DNA of 64,000 nt from Eledone cirrhosa (Eukaryota). Below, in pieces: positions 54,001 to 64,000 of the stretch. The stretch is from the NCBI GenBank assembly GCA_964016885.1, contig OZ024757.1, positions 13,950,001-14,014,000 of the forward strand, in the 5' to 3' direction. Below the pieces are notes generated by a model. That model did no database searches. It worked only from the letters and a program-made list of their open reading frames with translations, and was not told the DNA's origin. Position 1 is the first letter of the stretch; each line of letters starts with the position of its first letter. Both the position numbers and the translations under genes were made by a program.

Positions 54001-56217
54001 CATAGTATCAGAGCTGTGATCTCTCAAATCTGTCCAGCTATTCTTTCCTAAGTCGTTCTATTCACCTGTCCATAGTATCAGAGCTGTGATGTCTCAAATC
54101 TGTCCAGCAATTCTTTCCTAAGTCGTTCTATTCACCTGTCCATAGTATCAGAGCTGTGATCTCTCAAATCTGTCCAGCATTTCTTTCCTAAGTCGTTCTA
54201 TTCACCTGTCCATAGTATCAGAGCTGTGACCTTTCAAATCTGTCCAGCTATTCTTTCCTAAGTCGTTCTATTCACCTGTCCATAGTATCAGAGCTGTGAT
54301 CTCTCAAATCTGTCCAGCTATTCTTTCCTAAGTCGTTCTATTCACCTGTCCATAGTATCAGAGCTGTGACCTTTCAAATCTGTCCAGCTATTCTTTCCTA
54401 AGTCGTTCTATTCACCTGTCCATAGTATCAGAGCTGTGATCTCTCAAATCTGTCCAGCAATTCTTTCCTAAGTCGTTCTATTCACCTGTCCATAGTATCA
54501 GAGCTGTGACCTTTCAAATCTGTCCAGCTATTCTTTCCTAAGTCGTTCTATTCACCTGTCCATAGTATCAGGGCTGTGACCTTTCAAATCTGTCCAGCTA
54601 TTCTTTCCTAAGTCGTTCTATTCACCTGTCCATAGTATCAGAGCTGTGATCTCTCAAATCTGTCCAGCTATTCTTTCCTAAGTCGTTCTATTCACCTGTC
54701 CATAGTATCAGAGCTGTGATCTCTCAAATCTGTCCAGCAATTCTTTCCTAAGTCGTTCTATTCACCTGTCCATAGTATCAGAGCTGTGATCTCTCAAATC
54801 TGTCCAGCTATTCTTTCCTAAGTCGTTCTATTCACCTGTCCATAGTATCAGAGCTGTGATGTCTCAAATCTGTCCAGCAATTCTTTCCTAAGTCGTTCTA
54901 TTCACCTGTCCATAGTATCAGAGCTGTGATCTCTCAAATCTGTCCAGCAATTCTTTCCTAAGTCGTTCTATTCACCTGTCCATAGTATCAGAGCTGTGAC
55001 CTTTCAAATCTGTCCAGCAATTCTTTCCTAAGTCGTTCTATTCACCTGTCCATAGTATCAGAGCTGTGATCTCTCAAATCTGTCCAGCAATTCTTTCCTA
55101 AGTCGTTCTATTCACCTGTCCATAGTATCAGAGCTGTGATGTCTCAAATCTGTCCAGCAATTCTTTCCTAAGTCGTTCTATTCACCTGTCCATAGTATCA
55201 GAGCTGTGATCTCTCAAATCTGTCCAGCAATTCTTTCCTAAGTCGTTCTATTCACCTGTCCATAGTATCAGAGCTGTGATGTCTCAAATCTGTCCAGCAA
55301 TTCTTTCCTAAGTCGTTCTATTCACCTGTCCATAGTATCAGAGCTGTGACCTTTCAAATCTGTCCAGCAATTCTTTCCTAAGTCGTTCTATTCACCTGTC
55401 CATAGTATCAGAGCTGTGATGTCTCAAATCTGTCCAGCAATTCTTTCCTAAGTCGTTCTATTCACTTGTCCATAGTATCAGAGCTGTGACCTTTCAAATC
55501 TGTCCAGCAATTCTTTCCTAAGTCGTTCTATTCACCTGTCCATAGTATCAGAGCTGTGACCTTTCAAATCTGTCCAGCAATTCTTTCCTAAGTCGTTCTA
55601 TTCACCTGTCCATAGTATCAGAGCTGTGACCTTTCAAATCTGTCCAGCAATTCTTTCCTAAGTCGTTCTATTCACCTGTCCATAGTATCAGAGCTGTGAT
55701 CTCTCAAATCTGTCCAGCAATTCTTTCCTAAGTCGTTCTATTCACCTGTCCATAGTATCAGAGCTGTGATCTCTCAAATCTGTCCAGCTATTCTTTCCTA
55801 AGTCGTTCTATTCACCTGTCCATAGTATCAGAGCTGTGATCTCTCAAATCTGTCCAGCTATTCTTTCCTAAGTCGTTCTATTCACCTGTCCATAGTATCA
55901 GAGCTGTGATCTCTCAAATCTGTCCAGCTATTCTTTCCTAAGTCGTTCTATTCACCTGTCCATAGTATCAGAGCTGTGATCTCTCAAATCTGTCCAGCAA
56001 TTCTTTCCTAAGTCGTTCTATTCACCTGTCCATAGTATCAGAGCTGTGATCTCTCAAATCTGTCCAGCTATTCTTTCCTAAGTCGTTCTATTCACCTGTC
56101 CATAGTATCAGAGCTGTGACCTTTCAAATCTGTCCAGCAATTCTTTCCTAAGTCGTTCTATTCACCTGTCCATAGTATCAGAGCTGTGACCTTTCAAATC
56201 TGTCCAGCAATTCTTTC
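51016..56217. repeat. 70-bp minisatellite, ~74 copies
   Basis: Unit aaatctgtccagcaattctttcctaagtcgttctattcacctgtccatagtatcagagctgtgatgtctc. Confidence 0.97.
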
Positions 56218-56256
56218 TTCCACACCTGCTTTACTAACTGTTGATTCTATTTTCAG

Positions 56257-56412
56257 GTCGAAACTGTGAAACCGACAGGGATGAGTGCCTCTTCCCCCAA
56301 CCATGTGAAAACGGTGCCACCTGTCAAAATACCAAGGGTTCTTATATCTGTCAGTGTCGACCTGGGTATATTGGCAGGAAGTGTGAGGTAAACTACAATG
56401 AATGCAAGTCGT
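56257..56412 (+). CDS. Notch: Notch exon, EGF23 and start of EGF24
   Basis: TACTAAC branch point at 56232-56238, boundaries tttcag| and |gtaag. Encodes GRNCETDRDECLFPQPCENGATCQNTKGSYICQCRPGYIGRKCEVNYNECKS. Confidence 0.92.
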
Positions 56413-56429
56413 GTAAGTATATACCTATG

Positions 56430-57105
56430 TCATCATCATCACCACCATCATCACTGTCACTATCATCATCATCGCCATCACCACTATCACCATTATCATC
56501 ATCAACATCATCACCATCATCATCACTATCACCATCACCATCACCACTATCATCATTATCATCACCATCACCATCGTCACCATCATCACCATCATCACTA
56601 TCACCATCATCACTATCACCATCATCACTATCACCATCACCACTATCACCATCACCATCATCACTATCACCATCACCACTATCACCATCACCACCATCAC
56701 CACTATCACCATCATCACCATCACCACTATCACCATCACCATCATCACCACCACCATCATCACCATCATCACCATCACCATCATCACCATCATCACCATC
56801 ATCACCATCATCACCATCATCACCATCATCACCATCACCATCATCACCATCACCACTATCACCATTATCATCATCACTATCATTATCATCTAGACTATCA
56901 TCATCATCATCATCATTATCATTGGATGGATTTTCACAGACTGAGTCAGTACTGAAGATGGAGGCAGTGGGGGTAGTAGCAGTGATGGTGGCAATGGTAG
57001 TAGTAGTAAGGTAGAAGTAGTAAGGTAGAAGTAGTAGTAAGGTAGAAGTAGTAGTAAGGTAGTAGTAGTAGTAAGGTAGTAGTAGTAGTAAGGTAGAAGT
57101 AGTAA

Positions 57106-57136
<31 letters not shown>

Positions 57137-57838
57137 AGGTAGTAGTAGTAGTAGTAGTAAGGTAGAAGTAGTAGTAGTAAGGTAGAAGTAGTAGTAGTAG
57201 TAAGGTAGAAGTAGTAAGATAGAAGCAGCAGAGGTAGTAGTAGCAGAAGTAGCAGCAGCAGTGGTAGTAGTAGTAGTAATAGCTGTTGTAGCAGCAGTGG
57301 TAGTAGTAGTAGTAGTAGTAGCAGTGGTAGTAGTAGTAGCAGTGGTAGTAGTAGTAGCAGTGGTAGTAGTAGTAGTAGCGGTAGTAGTAGTGGTAGTAGT
57401 AGTAGTGGTAGTAGCAGCAGTAGTAGTAGTATTAGTAGTGGAAGAAGTAGTAGTAGCAGTGGTATTAGTAGTGGTAGTAGTAGCAGCAGCAGTGGTAGTA
57501 GTAGCAGCAGCATTGGTAGTAGTATTAGTAGCAGTGGTAGTAGTATTAGTAGCAGTGGTAGTAGTATTAGTAGTAGCAGTAGTATTAGTAGCAGTGGTAG
57601 TAGTAATATTAGTGGTAGTAGTATTAGTAGCAGTGATAGTAGTAGTATTAGTAGTGGTAGTAGTAGTCCAACCATCAGCAGTACACCACTTGAAGTAAAG
57701 TACCATATCCTCTCTATGAAACTATTGCCATCTACTTTGCTGCGGTAGGAAAAAAAAACATCTTTCATTTATTTCCTTGTTACGTGGAAGCTGACTAAGT
57801 CATCCTCATTGTTACAGTCATTAGCCTGATTGTCACTG

Positions 57839-57883
<45 letters not shown>

Positions 57884-60430
57884 CTTTTATCATCATCATC
57901 ATCATCATCATCACTTTTATCATCATCATCATCATCATCATCATCACTTTTATCATCATCATCATCATCATTTTTATTGTCATCATCATCATCATCACTA
58001 TTATCATCAGCAGCATCAGATTGACAGTATCAGTTACGTCCCTTTACGTTCTGAGTTCAAATCCCACCGAGGTTAACTTTGCTATTCATCCTTGTGGGGT
58101 CGATAAAATAAAGTACCAGTAATACACTGGGATAATTGCTGGCCTTGTGCCAAAAGTAGAAACAATTATTATAATTATCATCTTCTTCATCATCATTGTC
58201 ATCTGTAATCACCACCACAACCATCACCATCACACCACCACCACCACAACCATCACCATCATTACCATCACAACCACTACCTCCACCACCACAACCATCA
58301 CCACCACCACCACAACCATCACCACAACCACCACCACAACCATCACCACCACAACCACCACCACCACTACCTCCACCACCACAACCATCACCACCATAAC
58401 CACTACCTCCACCACCACAACCATCACCACCACCACCACAACCATCACCATCACCATCACCACCACCACCACAACCACCACCACCACCACCACCACCACC
58501 ACCACCACTACCTCCACAACCATCACCATCATTACCATAACCACTACCTCCACCACCACAACCATCACCATCACCATCATTACCATAACCACTACCTCCA
58601 CCACCACAGCCATCACCACCACCACCACAACCATCACCACAACCACCACCACAACCATCACCACCACAACCTCCACCACCACTACCTCCACCACCACAAC
58701 CATCACCATCATTACCATAACCACTACCTCCACCACCACAACCATCACCATCATTACCATAACCACTACCTCCACAACCACCACCACCACCACAACCATC
58801 ACCACCACCACCACCACTACCTCCATCACCATCATTACCATAACCACTACCTCCACCACCACAACCATCATTACCATAACCACTACCTCCACCACCACAA
58901 CCATCATTACCATAACCACTACCTCCACCACCACAACCATCACCATCACCACCATAACCACTACCTCCACAACCATCACCACCACCACAACCATCACCAC
59001 CACCACCACCACTACCTCCACCACCACAACCATCACCATCACCCCACCACCACCACCTCCACCACCACAACCATCACCATTACCATAACCACTACCTCCA
59101 CCACCACAACCATCACCACCACCACCACCACTACAATCACCACCACCACTACCAGCATCACCACCATCATCACTACCATAACCACCATCACCACCATCAC
59201 CATCACCATCACCACTACCACCATTACCACCATCACCACCTCCAGCATCACCACCATCACCACCATCACCATCATCACCACAAACACCATCATCACCACC
59301 ATCATCATCACCACTACCAGCATCACCACAATCACCATCATCACCACCACCATCATCCTTACCACCACCACCACCACCACTAACACTACCATCATCATCA
59401 TCACCACCATCCTTACCACCATCACCGTTAACACTACCATCATCATCATCAGTGTCATGATAAACCACCACCATTTGTATAACCATTGCCTGCTGTTATC
59501 TTGTCTAGTGATTCAGCTGGAGAGTCACTTTAGGACTTTCTCTTTCTTTGTTTTCAATGTCCAATGGTACACACATACACACGCACACACAGGCACAGGG
59601 AGACAGACACACACACACAGGCACAGGGAGACAGACACACACACACAGACACAGGGAGACAGACACACACACACAGGCACGAGGAGACAGACACACACAC
59701 ACACACACACACAGGCACAGGGAGACACACACACAGACACAGGCACACACACACAGACACAGGCACAGGGAGACACACACACACACAGGCAGACACACAC
59801 ACACACACACACAGGCACACGGAGACACACACACACACAGACACAGGGAGACACAGACACACACACAGACACACACACAGACGCATGAAGACACACACAC
59901 ACTTACATAGACACACTCACACACCCTCACACACAATCACAAATGCACACTGACACACTCACATACACACGCATATAAACACACACAATCACAAATGCAC
60001 ACTGACACACTCACATACACACGCATATAAACACACACAATCACAAATGTATACACACAGTCTCACACACGCACATACACACACAATCACAAATGTATAC
60101 AGTCACACACACATGCACACATACACAGTCACAAACACACACAATCACAAATGTACACCCACACACACACACACACACAGGCACACAGATACACACACAC
60201 TGGCACACACACAGATACACACACACTGGCACACACACAGATACACACACACACTGGTACACACACACAGATACACACACACGCACACAGATACACACAC
60301 ACACTGGCACACCCACACACACAGATACACACACACACTGGCACACATACACACACACTGGCACACCCACACACACAGATACACACACACACTGGCACAC
60401 ATATACACACACACTGGCACACACACGCAG
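56430..60430. repeat. Consecutive (CAT/CAC)n, (GTA)n, (ACC)n and (CA)n compound microsatellites
   Basis: Direct reading. Confidence 0.92.
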
Positions 60431-60798
60431 TTGTCTTGTATAGTCAGGTTTTATTGGTCACCACATCACTTAGTGTAGGTTGTCCTTAATGACTGTATGT
60501 GGTGACCCTTCCTACTTGAGAGGTCCTCCTGACATCTGCTAATGGCTTCTTCTCACTTCTTATGTACCCTAGGGAACTGGTTCTCTATGTATGGGGGATG
60601 GGGCAGAATGAGGCTCGGTGGGGGAGTCCTTGTGGGGGCAGGTGGCTGAAGGGGCTTATATTTATGGGGGGGGGGATTCGTGGCGTGTAGGCACCTCTTA
60701 ACCCAATATACACTCCACCCTACACCCCCTACTCCATCCTCCCACTTCTGTCCGCACCACCCTTTCTCTGTAAAGTTATGTTGGTACCACAGAACAAC

Positions 60799-63700
60799 CA
60801 GTCTACTCTGTAATGTGGTTGTGTAGGTGTCACAACAAAAAGCACCCAGTCCACTCTGTAATGTGGTCGTGTAGGTGTCACAACAAAAAGCACCCAGTCC
60901 ACACTAATGTGGTTGTGTAGGTGTCACGACAAAAAGCACCTAGTCCACTCTGTAATATGGTCGTGTAGGTGTCACGACAAAAGCACCCAGTCCACTCTGT
61001 AATATGGTTGTGTAGATGTCACGACAAAAAGCACCCAGTCCACTCTGTAATATGGTTGTGTAGGTGTCACGACAAAAAGCACCCAGTCCACACTAATGTG
61101 GTTGTGTAGGTGTCACGACAAAAAGCACCTAGTCCACTCTGTAATGTGGTCGTGTAGGTGTCACAACAAAAAGCACCCAGTCCACTCTGTAATGTGGTCG
61201 TGTAGGTGTCACGACTAAAAGCACCCAGTCCACTCTGTAATGCGGTCGTGTAGGTGTCACAATAAAAAGCACCCAGTCCACTCTGTAATGTGGTTGTGTA
61301 GATGTCACGACAAAAAGCACCCAGTCCACACTGTAATATGGTCGTGTAGGTGTCACGACAAAAAGCACCCAGTCCACTCTGTAATATGGTCGTGTAGGTG
61401 TCCCGACAAAAAGCACCCAGTCCACTCTGTAATATGGTTGTGTAGATGTCACGACAAAAAGCACCCAGTCCACACTGTAATATGGTCGTGTAGGTGTCCC
61501 GACAAAAAGCACCCAGTCCACTCTGTAATGTGGTCGTGTAGGTGTCACGACAAAAGCACCCAGTCCACTCTGTAATATGGTCGTGTAGGTGTCACGACAA
61601 AAAGCACCCAGTCCACACTGTAATATGGTCGTGTAGGTGTCACAACAAAAAGCACCCAGTCCACTCTATAATGTGGTCGTGTAGGTGTCACGACAAAAAG
61701 CACCCAGTCCACTCTGTAATGCGGTCGTGTAGGTGTCACAACAAAAAGCACCCAGTCCACTCTGTAATGTGGTCGTATAGGTGTCATGACAAAAAGCACC
61801 CAGTCCACTCTGTAATGTGGTCGTGTAGGTGTCACAACAAAAAGCACCCAGTCCACTCTGTAATGTGGTCGTATAGGTGTCACGACAAAAAGCACCCAGT
61901 CCACTCTGTAATATGGTCGTGTAGGTGTCACAACAAAAAGCACCCAGTCCACTCTGTAATGTGGTCGTGTAGGTGTCACGACAAAAAGCACCCAGTCCAC
62001 TCTGTAATATGGTCGTGTAGGTGTCACGACAAAAAGCACCCAGTCCACTCTGTAATGTGGTCGTGTAGGTGTCACGACAAAAAGCACCCAGTCCACTCTG
62101 TAATGTGGTCGTGTAGGTGTCACGACAAAAGCACCCAGTCCACTCTGTAATATGGTCGTGTAGGTGTCACAACAAAAAGCACCCAGTCCACTCTGTAATG
62201 TGGTCGTATAGGTGTCATGACAAAAAGCACCCAGTCCACTCTGTAATATGGTCGTGTAGGTGTCACAACAAAAAGCACCCAGTCCACTCTGTAATGTGGT
62301 CGTGTAGGTGTCACGACAAAAAGCACCCAGTCCACTCTGTAATATGGTCGTGTAGGTGTCATGACAAAAAGCACCTAGTCCACTCTGTAATGTGGTCGTG
62401 TAGGTGTCACGACAAAAAGCACCCAGTCCACTCTGTAATGTGGTCGTGTAGGTTTCACGACAAAAAGCACCCAGTCCACTCTGTAATGTGGTCGTGTAGG
62501 TGTCACGACAAAAAGCACCCAGTCCACTCTGTAATGTGGTCGTGTAGGTGTCACGACAAAAAGCACCCAGTCCACTCTGTAATGTGGTCGTGTAGGTGTC
62601 ACGACAAAAGCACCCAGTCCACTCTGTAATGTGGTCGTGTAGGTGTCACGACAAAAGCACCCAGTCCACTCTGTAATGTGGTCGTGTAGGTGTCATGACA
62701 AAAAGCACCCAGTCCACTCTGTAATATGGTCGTGTAGGTGTCACAACAAAAAGCACCCAGTCCACTCTGTAATGTGGTCGTGTAGGTGTCACGACAAAAG
62801 CACCCAGTCCACTCTGTAATATGGTCGTGTAGGTGTCACAACAAAAAGCACCCAGTCCACTCTGTAATGTGGTCGTGTAGGTGTCACGACTAAAAGCACC
62901 CAGTCCACTCTGTAATGCGGTCGTGTAGGTGTCACAACAAAAAGCACCCAGTCCACTCTGTAATGTGGTCGTATAGGTGTCATGACAAAAAGCACCCAGT
63001 CCACTCTGTAATATGGTCGTGTAGGTGTCACAACAAAAAGCACCCAGTCCACTCTGTAATGTGGTCGTGTAGGTGTCACGACAAAAAGCACCCAGTCCAC
63101 TCTGTAATATGGTCGTGTAGGTGTCATGACAAAAAGCACCTAGTCCACTCTGTAATGTGGTCGTGTAGGTGTCACGACAAAAAGCACCCAGTCCACTCTG
63201 TAATGTGGTCGTGTAGGTGTCACGACAAAAAGCACCCAGTCCACTCTGTAATGTGGTCGTGTAGGTGTCACGACAAAAAGCACCCAGTCCACTCTGTAAT
63301 GTGGTCGTGTATGTGTCACGACAAAAAGCACCCAGTCCACTCTCTAATGTGGTCGTGTAGGTGTCACGACAAAAGCACCCAGTCCACTCTGTAATGTGGT
63401 CGTGTAGGTGTCATGACAAAAAGCACCCAGTCCACTCTGTAATATGGTCGTGTAGGTGTCACAACAAAAAGCACCCAGTCCACTCTGTAATGTGGTCGTG
63501 TAGGTGTCACGACAAAAGCACCCAGTCCACTCTGTAATATGGTCGTGTAGGTCTCACAACAAAAAGCACCCAGTCCACTCAGTAATGTGGTCGTGTAGGT
63601 GTCACGACTAAAAGCACCCAGTCCACTCTGTAATGCGGTCGTGTAGGTGTCACAACAAAAAGCACCCAGTCCACTCTGTAATGTGGTCGTATAGGTGTCA

Positions 63701-64000
63701 TGACAAAAAGCACCCAGTCCACTCTGTAATGTGGTCGTGTAGGTGTCACAACAAAAAGCACCCAGTCCACTCTGTAATGTGGTCGTGTAGGTGTCACGAC
63801 AAAAAGCACCCAGTCCACTCTGTAATATTGTCGTGTAGGTGTCACAACAAAAAGCACCCAGTCCACTCTGTAATGTGGTCGTGTAGGTGTCACGACAAAA
63901 AGCACCCAGTCCACTCTGTAATATGGTCGTGTAGGTGTCACGACAAAAAGCACCCAGTCCACTCTGTAATGTGGTCGTGTAGGTGTCACGACAAAAAGCA
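60799..64000 (+). repeat. 48-bp minisatellite, >65 copies, running off the window
   Basis: Unit cccagtccactctgtaatgtggtcgtgtaggtgtcacgacaaaaagca. Confidence 0.97.

Noticed and set aside
51016-64000. CRISPR-like arrays
   Set aside because: Units are head-to-tail with no unique spacers, the context is a eukaryotic intron, and there are no cas genes.

Overview
Animal genomic DNA; the repeat landscape suggests an octopus/coleoid cephalopod, which is an inference. The window holds ten GT-AG-bounded, frame-compatible + strand exons of a Notch receptor gene, from EGF repeat 10 to the start of repeat 24 and including the ligand-binding EGF11-12. The gene begins upstream and ends downstream of the window. 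The introns (the largest about 23.5 kb) are filled with (TA)n/(CA)n/trinucleotide microsatellites and mobile elements: two 5'-truncated Penelope-like (Naiad-type RT+GIY-YIG) retroelements, RTE- and CR1-type LINE fragments, tRNA-derived SINEs, a DD37D (maT) transposon and piggyBac-like MITEs. The most notable unannotated signals are: (1) about ten hammerhead-ribozyme motifs or half-motifs, most in short fold-back inserts within (TA)n tracts; (2) the same Arg->His (CAT) change at the catalytic position of both Penelope endonucleases; (3) several multi-kb minisatellites traceable to pieces of SINEs/LINEs; (4) a 2.6-kb array of splice-site-like motifs just upstream of a Notch exon. Most ORFs in the supplied track are microsatellite artefacts.
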